A stretch of DNA of 63,694 nt, filler included, from Welwitschia mirabilis (Eukaryota): assembly GCA_051453625.1 (NCBI GenBank). It is 8 parts of one record of this genome, joined end to end, with 100 filler letters (N's around TTAATTAATTAA, not from the genome) between each part and the next. Parts side by side here need not be neighbours in the genome. Positions count along the whole stretch, not along the records: positions 1 to 28,492 come from JBOZIK010000001.1; 7 more parts are not named here. The stretch is one strand, 5' to 3'. The translations under genes were made by a program, and so were the position numbers. The notes below the pieces were generated by a model that saw only the letters and a list, made by a program, of their open reading frames with translations, was not told where the DNA came from and made no database searches. This document shows, one piece after another, positions 1 through 13,024 of the stretch (position 1 is its first letter; each line of letters starts with the position of its first letter).

Positions 1-44
1 AATTGAATAGATAATTTGTATAGTATTGATTAATATTTTTATTC

Positions 45-2795
45 ATGTTATTTTTCTCATGTAAACCAAGTAGAGGCTTGGCATTAATGTTTATGTTACA
101 TTATTATAATCATTTAAAAATGATTATTAAAAAGGATATTGTAAAAGGAATTCCAAAACTTAATATTAAAAAACATGGTTGTTGTGATGCATGCCAAAAA
201 GGGAAACAAATAAGAACCTCTCACAAAAGTAAAAATATAGTTTCCACAATAATGCCTTTTGAGCTTATTTATATAGATTTGGTGGATCTAGTCCAAACAA
301 AAATTTTAGGAGGAAAATGTTATTTTTTAACTATGGTTGATGATTATTCAAGATNNNNNNNNNNNNNNNNNNNNNNNNNNNNNNNNNNNNNNNNNNNNNN
401 NNNNNNNNNNNNNNNNNNNNNNNNNNNNNNNNNNNNNNNNNNNNNNNNNNNNNNGAAAATGTTATTTTTTAACTATGGTTGATGATTATTCAAGATTTAC
501 TTAGGTTGCCTTTCTTGAAAATAAAGATAAAAAATATAAAAATTGGGTTAAAATATGCAAAAAAATTCAAAATGAGAAAGGCTATACCATTAAGAAAATT
601 AGAAGCGATCATAGAGAAGAGTTTGAAACAATTTGTTTGAGAAATATTGTGTTGACAACGGTATTGAACATTAATCCTCAACCCCCAAAATGCCTCAACA
701 AAATGGAATTATTAAGAAAAAAAATCAAGTCCTCTAAGAAATGATAAGAACAATGTTGAAGGACAAGGAGGTTCCTAAGACCTTTTAGGCTGAATCTATT
801 AGCACTACTTGTTACATTATAAATAGAGTCTACCATAGACCAATAATGAATAAAACTTCTTATGAGCTTTAGAAAGAGAAATAGCCAAATATTTTATACT
901 TTAAAGTTTTTGGAATTAAATGATTTATTTTAAAGAATAGAAAACACTTGAGTAAATTTGAATCAAAGCTGATAAAAGCAATTTTTTTGGGGTACTCAAC
1001 TAGAAGTAGAGCCTATCCAGTATTTAACAAAAGAAGTCTAACTATGAAAGAGTCAATAAATGTGCAAATGGATGATGTTAGCATAAGATATTCCTCTTTG
1101 AATGATGAAGAAAACTTATCTTCAAGCATCCCATAATAAAAGAAAGCTCAACTAAAAAAGAAAAGGTGCCATTTAAATAAGTCTCTACAAAAAGTTTAAA
1201 GAGCTAAAAGGTCATCTTCTAGGGTCCATCATTGAAGATGTTAGATCAAAGATTAGAAAAAGGAACTCTATGAAAAATTTTTGTGCTCACATTTGTTATG
1301 TCTCTCAAGTACAACCTAAAAAATTTAAAGAGGAAAAATCACATGAAAAGCAGATGATGGCCATGTAAGATGAGTTGCAATAATTTGAAAGGAATGATGT
1401 GTGGAAGCTTGTTGAATAATCAAAGGATAAAAATGTTATTGGGACAAAGTAGATTTTCAAAAATAAGTGTGATGATTAAAACAATGTTATCAAGAATAAA
1501 GCAAGATTAGTGACACAAGGCTACAACCAAATTTAAGGTATTAATATAGGTGACACTTTTGCTTCTATAGCTAGGCTAAATAATATTAGCATGTTTTTTT
1601 CTTATGTAGCCTTTAAGAATATTAAAATTTATCAAATGGATGTGCAAAATTCCTTTTTAAATAGAACCCTTAACAAAGAAGTGTATTTGGGATAACCTCA
1701 AGGGTTAATAGATCCATACAAACCTGAAGACTTAAAAAAGCCTGATATGATTTAAAGAAAGTTCTAAGAGCTTGGTATGAAAAATTAGCCACATTTCTAC
1801 ACAAAAATGGTTATATTCTTTTGTCAAGAGTATAAAAAAAAACTTTATTATTATTCAGATTATGTAGATGACATAAATTTGTGTGCCTCAAATGAAGTTT
1901 TATCAAAAGAATTTGCTAGTATCATGATAACACACTTTGAGATGAGTATGCTTGGTGACATTAAAATGTTTCTTGGTTTACAAATCAAACAATTAAAAAA
2001 TAAAATTTTTATATCTCAGTCTAAATATGCAAAGAATTTGATTGAATGATTTAGCTAGAGAATGCTAAAGCAACTAACACACCTATGTCTACTTCTTGTA
2101 AAGTTAGTTTAGATGAAGGTGGAAAATTAGTAGACCAAAAAATTTATAGAAGTATGATAGGAAATCTATTGTATCTAACTATAATTAGACCTGATATAAG
2201 GTTTAGTGTTGTTATGTATGTTAGATACTAGACACAAGCAAAATAATCACACCTCTAACATATCAAAATAATAAAAAGATGTATAAAAGGCGCATGTGAC
2301 TTTAGAAGTATTCAATAGAAACATCTTTTGATATTGTAGGAATTAGTGATGTAGATTTGACTAGGTGTAAAGATGATAGTAAAAGCATAATTAGTACTTG
2401 TTTTCTTTTAGAATCATGGTTAGTAAGATGGGCTAGTAAAAAGCAAAACCCTCTCTTCCTTTTAATAGTAGAAGTAGAATATATAGTAGTAAGGAGTTGT
2501 TGTGCCCATCTCTTTTAGATAAAGGAAATGTTAAAAGATTTTGATGTAGTTTTTAAACATGTTACAATTTTTTATAATAACAGTATTATTTCTGAAATTC
2601 CTGTTCAATACTTTAGAACTAAAAACATTAAATTAAGACATTGTTTCCTTAGAAATCAAGTAGAAAAGGTAATATTTTAATGAATTTGTTAGTACTGATT
2701 GTCAACTTACCAATATTTTCACTAAGATCCTAAACTTTGATAAATTTATACATCTTTAAAATGAAATAGGGGTTGTCTCATCATCTTTTAGCTAA
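45..2795 (+). pseudogene. Copia pol remnant (integrase-RT-RNase H) of element A, many stops and frameshifts
   Basis: ORF fragments 45-482, 948-1136 (FLGYSTRSRAY) and 1807-2049 (YVDD...FEMSMLGDIKMFLGLQIKQ); RNase H motifs (WASKKQN) near 2430. Confidence 0.9.
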
Positions 2796-3114
2796 TTACT
2801 ACATAATTGATTAGATTTTTAATTTGGTAAACCAAATGTAATTGGTCAACTGGTCTGAAAACCTAACATCCAAACTAGAAGCATTGTGATCTCTGTCTCA
2901 ATGGGTTGATGAGATCATAACCTAGTTAACCAGACTCGTAGGATTATAGTAAAGATTTTAAGGTAGCAGACTTAATTTTTTTATCACATATGATTTGATC
3001 AGCCTTTCTTATATAATCTTGTGGAGCCCAAAACCTTTCCATTCTCTTTCATCCATCCATCTCTTTCAGATATTACCTTTTTTTTAGTTTTTTTTGCCTT
3101 GAAGATCTTGCTAC

Positions 3115-4170
3115 ATGTTTGAAATTGTAGAGGATTCCTCTAGAAGATGATAAAAAGAGCTAGTAAGTATAGATCTAGGGTTTTTTACTCTAGAATATCT
3201 AAGGAATATGTAGACAAATTTACAGAGAAGTTTGAAAAGAGACCTGTGTGTCAAGAGTAGCCTATTGCTTCTATAGAACTAAGGAAAGTTATGATGTGAT
3301 AAGGCTCTTGAATGAGATTGAAATTTCTCATTTTCGTGATGTCTTAGGACTTGCCTACTCTTTTCTCAGTAGGATATTCTACTATAATGCCTCTTTTGAT
3401 GCAAACTCTAATATCATAGAAATCCTTGTTTTGGGAAAAAAGATTAGGGTTACTGTAAACCTTATTTCTACAATTGCAAATCTCCTTAGAGGAGATTATG
3501 AGAAATTTTGGCCTCTTCATGATTGCATGAAGGATAAGGCATAGGTAACAAAAGAACTATGTGATAAGCTCCATAGGTGGAAAACCACCGTCTCCACTTC
3601 TTTTCTTATCCCAAAGTACCATTTCAAGCACTTAGTTTTTACTTATAATTTCTTGCCATTGGTGGGTTATCATGATAAGACCTTTGACCATAGAACATAT
3701 TTAATATATTTGGTGGAAACTTGGCATAATATTACTTCTCCTACCATTATGTCGAAAAATATGGTCTCTTAGTTGAAGTATCATAAGACTAAGGCTCTTT
3801 CCTCTTTAATGTTGATCAACATCTATCATCATTACAAAGTTTAGTTGTACCTAAAGTTAGAAATCCTTACTTCTATATCAGCCATTGGATGTGTGATTGT
3901 GTCTCATATGCATTTCTTTGTAGGTTTTAAGAGATTCTTCATATCTTCTTCTTCCAAGCAAGCCTCTTCCAAAGAGATTCTTTCACACCTAAAGAGGATA
4001 GATTCTCATGCCAAGCAGATGAAATAAGCTCTAATCATAATAGGATAGATATTGCTGATACTTCTGAGGAAGCCAAAATATTAACGCAAAAGGAAACTAA
4101 AGAAGAAGAGGAATAAGAAGAAGAAGATTCTAAAGAAGAATTTGAGGAGGAAGTAGAAGAATTTGATTGA
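3115..4170 (+). pseudogene. Extra 3' ORF ('env-like' position) of element A, disrupted
   Basis: Lies between RNase H and the PPT; fragments 3248-3544 (LSRIFYYNA...VLGKKIRVT) and 3845-4027; acidic Glu-rich tail near 4090-4170. Confidence 0.65.
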
Positions 4171-4700
4171 TCTTGTCTTTTTTGTTATGTTTATTTTTAT
4201 TCTCTTTTTTGTCATTGATGTTAAAATGGAAAAAATATTTAGTTGTATTTTCAACTTTTATCAATTAGTATTAGTCTCTTTCAATTGTTTTTAGTAGTAC
4301 TTCTTAGTTTTTACTAGTTGTAATTACTCTTGATGAACACTTTTCTGTTGTACTGCTTAAGATTAAAGTAATGGAAATGCATTTTATGTCACTTTTGTCT
4401 TCTATTTTTAATACACATTTAATTTATCATGAATCATAATTTTTTTACATCTTAATGGCTATTAAATATCTCTTATACTAAAATTTTTTATCACATATAT
4501 CATAGATGTTAAATACCTTATAAACTATACTTAAAATTGTTATATTAATTACTCTTATTGGAAACCCCTAAAAAATGTTTAAATTGATCTAAATTATTAA
4601 TTATCTTTTGAAAAGTTACTAGGCATTATCTAAGGGGAGGTTTTTTCAAATTAATATTTTCAACTTAGTATAGTTTGCTGCCAATGTCAAAGGGGAAGAT

Positions 4701-6093
4701 TATTAAGTTAATATTTATCAAGTTGATGTTAAAGTAACATTTTTTTTTTAGGAAAACATGTTGTATCTTGTGTAGAAAATATTAATTCTTATAGGTCAGA
4801 AGCTGAAACATTTTGTTACAAGTCAAACCTGAACCTGACAATTTTAATACCCTCTGTATTCCTAAGGGGTTAACCAAACCTAAATCATAAACTGTCACAA
4901 ACTAATTATAGAGGGATTAATTGGATTCTAGAGGGGTTTACCAGACCTGATCATTAAATCTATCACAATTGATCATCAAGGGGTTGACTAGATTCTAAAG
5001 GGATCAAATGAACCTAGAGTGAAAAGTTTCCATCCTTTATCAGCAAGGGGTTAATTGGACTTTTGAGGGGTCAATCAGACCTAGGTCATAAAACCTTTTT
5101 TACAATTTTTTTGGACATGGGGTTGACCAAATGAATGTGTAGACAATTAAATATGTGGTTGACTAGATATGAAGCTGTAAGAAATAGGAGTCGACCAAAA
5201 AAAGAATAGGATGATTGACTTCAATGATAGCACTAGAGGGGGTTGATCAAACATTTTGAGGGGTTGACCAATCCTGATAAAAATGGGATTTTTATAGCTA
5301 TTTGAGCACATATTTTTTGTCTATTGGATAATATTTTTACTTGTAAAAACCCTAAAAAACATCTTCTATATATTTTCCAAGAGTCAAAATCACTGTACCA
5401 CTTTTGTATTATTTTGGATTCATTATAGAACTCATTGGTACACCCTCTATCTGAATAAAGATGAATAAATAGTTGTTGTTATCATGTATACTTGATTAAT
5501 TAGTTATACTATACATTCATAGATTATACTATCTTCTCAAGTAGTGTAGTAATATCATTCTTAGTCTATAGACCTAATGGAACCTATGCATTTTGGCACA
5601 CCATTGTCATTGCATCGCATTCTTTCTAAAAGGTTAACATTGAGTGTCAAAAAATTTAATTATAAAGATTACAGGTGAATCTGGAATATTTAGAAAGAGT
5701 TTAATGAAGATCTAGATTAGGCTTAAATAGAAGCTAATCATAAAGAGTAAAGTAGGGGGTTTCTTGAACCACTATAAATCATGTATGCATCTCCATTAGT
5801 ACCTTCGTGCTTTCAATTCTTTATTTTTATATTTTTATATTATTTTCAGTTCTTCTATTGCAAAAATATTTTAGTATTCATTTTTTATGGAGATAACTTC
5901 TAAATATATTTGTTTAATTTTTAAATCCTCTTTAATTCGGGGNNNNNNNNNNNNNNNNNNNNNNNNNNNNNNNNNNNNNNNNNNNNNNNNNNNNNNNNNN
6001 NNNNNNNNNNNNNNNNNNNNNNNNNNNNNNNNNNNNNNNNNNCCACCCCCCCCCCCCCCCCCCCCCCCCCCCTCCAGGGTTCTAGATCTTTCA
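4701..6093 (+). repeat. 3' LTR of element A with array of degenerate GGGGTCGACC-type motifs (~4860-5275)
   Basis: Starts directly after the PPT with TATT (decayed TGTT); many GGGGTT(G/A)AC/AT motifs; C-rich terminus typical of Sirevirus LTRs. Confidence 0.75.
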
Positions 6094-8194
6094 TCTAGGC
6101 CCTATTAAACCAACTTCTCATGACAAAAACTACATCTTAGTGACTATTGATTATGTTACCAAAGTAGGTTAAAGCTATTCCTACTGCTACTAATTATGCC
6201 TAAACTATTTGTAATTTTGTCTAAACTCATATCTTTTAGTGCTTTATTTCCTATTAGAATCTTAATTAGTAACCAAGGAACTTATTTTATCAATTATTTT
6301 TTTGTATACTTCTCTTATCCATTGGAATTGAACATCGAATTGCTTATTCTTATTGCCCCTAATTCAATAGCCAAGCTAAGAATGTGAATAGGAAAATCTA
6401 GAAGATGCTTTAAAAACTTGTCTTTATCAGTAAGGAAACTTGAACTTTTAAAATCAACATTGTTATTTAGCCTTATCATACTATTTAACATAATTATTTT
6501 GGTTTTTTATGTATGAACGTATGTATGAAAAAGTTTGTGTCAATTAGTGTGTTTTATAAATCTTATCATTCTACTTATTAACTTAATCTTGTGAAATTAG
6601 ATGCAAATCTTTAGTCTCTATTAGTTTAACTTGATCAATTAAATAAAAAAGATACCCATGCCATACACCGAAAACTTATTATTAAAGCCCAAGCTAAGTT
6701 CAAATGTAATAAAAAGTTAACTCATAAGTAATTTAAGCCAAGTTAACTAATTCTGTTATATAATACCCGAGTGCATTTTTTACAGAATAAATTAACCTCT
6801 AAATGATTAGATATTTATCTTTTAAAAAAGTACGTGCTAATGGATTAATTGAAATCTCTAATCCAAACAATAAGGAAATTTAAAAGGTTAATAAATAAAG
6901 ATTAAAAATATATAAGTCATCTAATGCTAAAACCTTGAACATGATAGAAGCTCTTGTCTTAGAAGCTTTCCTCAATGAGGAGGACTTCCCTTATGCCCTT
7001 CTTTGAATTCTTCTCTAGCCAATACCTTTCTTTAACCAACTCTTGCTTAACTTATGTATCACTTTATGAAGTTTTTAGGACTAATAATCTTTTACTTAGA
7101 TATTTTACAGTGATAATATTAGATCCACCTAATCTTAAGACACTCATATGTCTATGAACTTCATTTTGAAGGAAGATGCCTTGGTTCTTTTATTCTATTT
7201 TAATGGTGTATGTAATTAGTNNNNNNNNNNNNNNNNNNNNNNNNNNNNNNNNNNNNNNNNNNNNNNNNNNNNNNNNNNNNNNNNNNNNNNNNNNNNNNNN
7301 NNNNNNNNNNNNNNNNNNNNNNNNNNNNNNNNNNNNNNNNNNNNNNNNNNNNNNNNNNNNNNNNNNNNNNNNNNNNNNNNNNNNNNNNNNNNNNNNNNNN
7401 NNNNNNNNNNNNNNNNNNNNNNNNNNNNNNNNNNNNNNNNNNNNNNNNNNNNNNNNNNNNNNNNNNNNNNNNNNNNNNNNNNNNNNNNNNNNNNNNNNNN
7501 NNNNNNNNNNNNNNNNNNNNNNNNNNNNNNNNNNNNNNNNNNNNNNNNNNNNNNNNNNNNNNNNNNNNNNNNNNNNNNNNNNNNNNNNNNNNNNNNNNNN
7601 NNNNNNNNNNNNNNNNNNNNNNNNNNNNNNNNNNNNNNNNNNNNNNNNNNNNNNNNNNNNNNNNNNNNNNNNNNNNNNNNNNNNNNNNNNNNNNNNNNNN
7701 NNNNNNNNNNNNNNNNNNNNNNNNNNNNNNNNNNNNNNNNNNNNNNNNNNNNNNNNNNNNNNNNNNNNNNNNNNNNNNNNNNNNNNNNNNNNNNNNNNNN
7801 NNNNNNNNNNNNNNNNNNNNNNNNNNNNNNNNNNNNNNNNNNNNNNNNNNNNNNNNNNNNNNNNNNNNNNNNNNNNNNNNNNNNNNNNNNNNNNNNNNNN
7901 NNNNNNNNNNNNNNNNNNNNNNNNNNNNNNNNNNNNNNNNNNNNNNNNNNNNNNNNNNNNNNNNNNNNNNNNNNNNNNNNNNNNNNNNNNNNNNNNNNNN
8001 NNNNNNNNNNNNNNNNNNNNNNNNNNNNNNNNNNNNNNNNNNAAAAAATAAGTTAGCTATGATGTCTTATCAAATTAAGATAAACATTTTTAAGTGTTAG
8101 CAGTTGTGGGAACTCTAATGGAGGGTCATTTGACTATGCTTATAGATCTTACTCCTTGGATATTGGTTTCATTCCCTCATCATAAAATAATTAT

Positions 8195-8450
8195 TACTTA
8201 TAGGCCACAAGATTAGTGATATCCCTAGCAAGGTCAAAGATATTACTATATTCTAGGACTATACAGTGTAGTAATAAATTAGTTAATTAAATTTAGTATG
8301 TAGGCTACAAAATTAATGATATCCTTGACAAGGTCATTGGTATTATTAGTTTCTAAGCATACATGTATCATGACTCATGTTTATCTTGTGGAGGCCATGA
8401 GATTAGTTATGTTTTTGCTATCATTAGAGGCATTGCTTGTTTTCTAAACT
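8195..8450 (+). repeat. Three degenerate ~95-100 bp tandem repeats in the non-coding region of B1
   Basis: Units begin TAGGCCACAAGATTAGTGATAT (8201), TAGGCTACAAAATTAATGATAT (8301) and GAGGCCATGAGATTAGTTATGT (8391). Confidence 0.7.
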
Positions 8451-10169
8451 TATTGTGCATGTAGTATTCTCACATGATCATTTTACTTTTTATGATACTA
8501 GTGTATTTTAGGGTGCACATAGGTGAGTCCATTTCTGAATAGTTATTGATCTTATAATTTATTAATTAAGAACATTAGAACTACTTAATATCATAATTAT
8601 TACTACCTAATTGAATGGTACTTTATGAAGTTTTTACATAATGTGATGCGTCATTAATCAAGTGATTCTATGATTTTTACTAAGGGACTTTGCTAGGTTA
8701 GAATTTATGGTAGGCAAATAATCTTCTTTATGTTTCTAGTTATTCGTTTTTAATTTTTATTTTTTTTAATCATTTCCTTTAGTATTTTAAAGTTATTTTC
8801 TTATTTTTTCCATCATAATGCTTAGGACTTCATCATTTAGTAGTTTTCTTATTATCTTTTTTCACTTACAGTTATTATCTATAGGTGTTGACTTTCTTTT
8901 AACACTTTCATAGATGACATTTATTTAGGTTATAATGTCATTTTCCTCATATGTTTATTTGACATATTTTTGAGNNNNNNNNNNNNNNNNNNNNNNNNNN
9001 NNNNNNNNNNNNNNNNNNNNNNNNNNNNNNNNNNNNNNNNNNNNNNNNNNNNNNNNNNNNNNNNNNNNNNNNNNTTATAATGTCATTTTCCTCATATGTT
9101 TATTTGACATATTTTTGAGTTTGAACACATCCACTTGCTTATCTTGAATGCTTTTGAGTTCAGGCACATTTGAGGATTTTCCTTAACATTGCTCCTTCTA
9201 CTTAGTGCATTATTATTGCCTTAAGTTCTTTCCAATTTTTTCTCCTTTACCATACTTTCTTGATGATGATTCTTAGATTTCTAAGGCCTTGATGTTATTT
9301 ACTATCTTTATTTGATTGGATTTTACATTTTACAATATTTTCTGAAGGCTTGTCATCTACCTAGTTATCTAGACGACTTAAAGGATGACACTTTGATTTT
9401 CATGATCATCATCTTAGGGCTAGTTTCTAGATGACATAATAGATGATAGCCTATTAAAAGCATAAATTCTCTTCTTTTCACTTCAATTTTCATCATTTTC
9501 ATATTGTTTTTTATCATTCTTTCATAAGATAACTTTTGCTCTATGACTCACCAGCATCTCTATTGCACTATTTCACCAAATTAGACATCCAAATTTCCAG
9601 TTTCAGTAAATTTCTTCAAAATGATGTATGTTTCATCTCCTTTCATTATTTTTATTTTTTTTTATTTCTTACCCTTTTAGAGTGCAAGTTTCTAATAGAA
9701 TATTTATTTTTTGCTCTTATCATTTTGGACTAGACAGAATTAATTGTTAGGATGCATTTCACAAGAAAGTTGAAATTGCATGCTTTATGAGATAGAATTA
9801 CAGTTTTTCTTTTGCATTTAGATTTTTCTCACACAATTCATTGAAACATAGTGATGCTTATAGTCAAAACGATTAGTGTGATGAGCTCTACACTTCTACT
9901 AGATTAGTTTTTTTAATATTTAGGTACCATTTTTATTGCACTTATTTGAAACTCACTCGTTTTTCTTACTTGTACTTAAATTGCATTTTTATCTTTTTCT
10001 TCTTACATTAATGAAATATAGGATGTATTTATTTACATATATAGGGTAGAAGATATTTTAAAGATATTTTTAAGTAAACATTTTAATTATGGGGTTTTTT
10101 TGGACTTTCATGATACATATATGTGATGTACCAGTCTAGTTATGATTTCATATTATTTATGTGATATGC

Positions 10170-11385
10170 ATCATGGGTATTATTTAGTAGGCTAAGCACT
10201 AGACAATAAACTTAATAGGTTAATGTAGAGGCTAGCACCTAAGCCACTTGAACCACTAGTCATCCATATGATCAAACCTGTCCATTCTTCTCATCGTCAA
10301 GCTAGATCATAGCCCATTTAGACTATAGCCATTAGGGTTGAGAGGCACTTTGATGGTTTCATAAGTATAATTGAGCCTAATATGGACTATATACTAATGG
10401 ATGTTTAGTTATGATGAAGATTGGATGCACATGAGACCTACTTCACATTAGAGATTAGAGATTTTTATGATACCATGCACATGGAGCAAAAACTAGATGA
10501 AGATGGACAGATGGTTAACATGATTATAGCCATTATCGATAGATGTGAGGTATCTATTTTCCTAGGATACATTACACTATTTATAGGATTAAAAATCCTT
10601 TATAGCATGCATATACATTCTGTAGATGGTGTGAAGAAGCATCACACATATGGCTCAGTGCTTGGTATTCTACCAGATATAACAGAAGATAGGCAAGGAG
10701 TGTTGATGATTCACTTATCACTAGCCTATAATATTCTTCATAGAGGGATAGTTCACAATATTAATCCATCATCTCATGACAGTTATTGCATGGTAGTTCA
10801 TTTATAGATCTTAGCAATGTTTAGGCAAGATAAGTAGATGGACCTAGCCTCTTTCATATGGAGGAGGTTATGGTTAACGGATGACATATAGACATTAAGA
10901 TAACTTTACCTTCTTTTTAGCATCTTGCATCAGTTTGGTATTCCAAAGCCACTAAGTAAGTAATAGCTACTTCATTTATAGACTTTAACATGATACCTCT
11001 AGGACATGGACATCTAGATCCCTGAAGAGGCAGAGAGACAATAGATGGTGAGATCGGTGGTCGAGATCATATCAAAATAGTTACAATTTCTTCTTATAGG
11101 TGTAATCTAGGAGATTCAGAAGAATATGGACCAGGGATTTATGTAGATATGATAGAAACTGACTACAGTGGAGTAGATCATGACTTCAACTAAGCAAAAT
11201 ATATGAGAGATCAGGAAGTAGATGATAGATGTAGGAAATCAAGTGATGCATATTGAGTAGAACATCATAATGGACCTTTCAGAGGTAGTAAGAATCTAGG
11301 GAAAGGAGACTTTATATACCATCTTAGTAGCTCTTAGTGTGCACTTTCCAATTGAATAAGAACATCCTTCTTCTCCACCTTAATC
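10170..11385 (+). pseudogene. Extra 3' ORF (ORF2) of Athila-like B1, disrupted
   Basis: ORF 10421-10807 (YFTLEIRDFYDTM...LAYNILHRGIVHNINP) aligns with minus-strand ORF 22472-22765; it lies between pol and the 3' LTR. Confidence 0.7.
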
Positions 11386-11934
11386 TATAAGCTCTTGTGT
11401 AGACTTCACTATAGCACCTTGAGGGAAGTAATGTTATGATTAATTTTTATGTATTTACTCTTATTGATTATATTTAAAACTCACTAATTAATTTATACAA
11501 ATCATTTTGAGTTATTAACATTTTGATTATACATACACATCGTTATTTATTTAAGATATCATGGTTATATCTTATGATATTTATTGTGTATGACATTTAA
11601 TTTTTATGTTGTATAAAACATTTTAAGTGAGGGTCTACCATAGATTGTAGTGCTCTTTTTTTTATAATCATGTTCATAAGCACTTGCTTTTCATTTTTAT
11701 TTTTTAAGTTTATTGTCATCATGTCATCTAGATGATAAACTAAATGATAGCCTTATTGCATATCTTATAAATGTAATATGTTAGTTTACTAGATTTCAAT
11801 ATTTTATCCTACATGATAAGATTTTTGAACTTAATTTATGTTTCCCTAGTTACTATTTATCTTAGTTAATTTAACTCGCAAATATAGTTAATCATTTACT
11901 TTGTTAGGGACTAATAAGGCTAAGTGGGAAACTA

Positions 11935-13024
11935 TGTTGTGATGTCAAATTATATATATTTAATGGGGTATTTTGAGTATTTTTTTAAGACATTTAAATA
12001 AGTACAGGTAGAGTATCAGTGATTATGGAGAATTGATGGGATGATCATAAAAACATGTAATTCTAGATGCATATAGAGGTATTTCAAGTAGGTTCTGATA
12101 CTTAGAATTTTAAGGAGGATTCCAATGATCTAGGAGATTAATTTTCCTTAGTTGGAGAGATCAGAAGGATGTTGTTCACGTGTTCATCTAGATGACATTC
12201 ACCAAATGATAATGCATTTGGAGCTAATAAGGATGCTGATATGGACTAAGGCTAAAACCAAAGAGTCATCTATTATAATATGCTATCATCCCCATAGTCA
12301 TTCAAATAATAGTTAGGATGACATTTATTTTATATAAAGAATGAATACAATTTATTATCTCTATAATAAGATTACACATCCCTTTAGGTCATTAGGGTTT
12401 CATTTCTAGAATCTTCAATGTATAGCTATAAATACCTCCTTGTTCTTACTCACATGGACCATCCATTATACTGGAAATCTTATGATGTAAGATTGAAGGG
12501 TAAGAGATCCATCCTAACTTTATAAAGGAGTCTTCCTTGATATTTGACTATGTATCCTCCATTGAGGTGTTATTGCTTTGTAAGTGAATGTTTGATCTTG
12601 AGCAAATAAAAGGTTGATTTATCTTCATTAAGTGTATTTCCCTTGTGGTTTATGTTGATTATAATTATATGAGAGCTTTATAATTAAGATAGATAATAAG
12701 GGAAATTTATGTGATAATAGGTTGACATAATTAGTTTAGGACATGCATTTCATTTTATATTTCATTTCCAAAGCTATAATAGTTTCATTAGCATTTATAT
12801 TGCATTGTATTTCTGCATTGTTCTTATTTCATTTACTTAATCCAAAAAGACCAAAAACACTTCACCTAGTCAGTTCTCTAACTTCTACCCTAGTGCCTTT
12901 AATGAATCATGACATTCGAGTTAACTCCCACTATATTAGGATGTGTTTTCATGTAAGTATTTGTGATTTATAGGGATTAGCTAAAGACTTAAGGATTGAA
13001 CACATTTACACTCAAACTAGTACA
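11935..13024 (+). repeat. 3' LTR of Athila-like B1 (~1.1 kb)
   Basis: TG...CA ends. The start matches the reverse complement of ~20345-20445 and ~25500-25600; the end matches the reverse complement of 18503-18540. Confidence 0.7.

Larger units (their letters stand above)
1..6093 (+). mobile_element. Ty1/copia LTR retrotransposon A (Sirevirus/Maximus-like), degenerate, 5' part outside window
   Basis: Order GAG-pre-integrase (CDACQKGKQ), integrase (VDDYSR), RT (YVDD), RNase H, extra 3' ORF, PPT AAAGGGGAAGAT (4689-4700), then LTR ending in a C-rich tract plus ...CTTTCA at 6093. Confidence 0.9.
6094..13024 (+). mobile_element. Ty3/gypsy Athila-like element B1 (3' part: integrase remnant, long non-coding region, extra ORF, 3' LTR)
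   Basis: From 6094 it reads LGPIKPTSHDKNYILVTIDYVTK... (gypsy integrase core). Athila-like PPT junction TTGTTAGGGACTAATAAGGCTAAGTGGG at ~11901-11930; LTR ends ...CAAACTAGTACA at 13024. Homologous copies lie on the minus strand at 18503-28490. Confidence 0.8.

Noticed and set aside
313..495. Direct repeats flanking 100-N gaps (also ~8929-9118 and ~41277-41477)
   Set aside because: Most simply explained as unmerged contig overlaps. The pair near 41.3-41.5 kb differs slightly and could be real, but cannot be resolved here.
2883..2909. ATTGTGATCTCTGTCTCAATGGGT reading IVISVSMG, resembling the missing SULTR4 exon
   Set aside because: Followed by a stop, lacks splice sites, and lies inside the post-pol spacer of element A.
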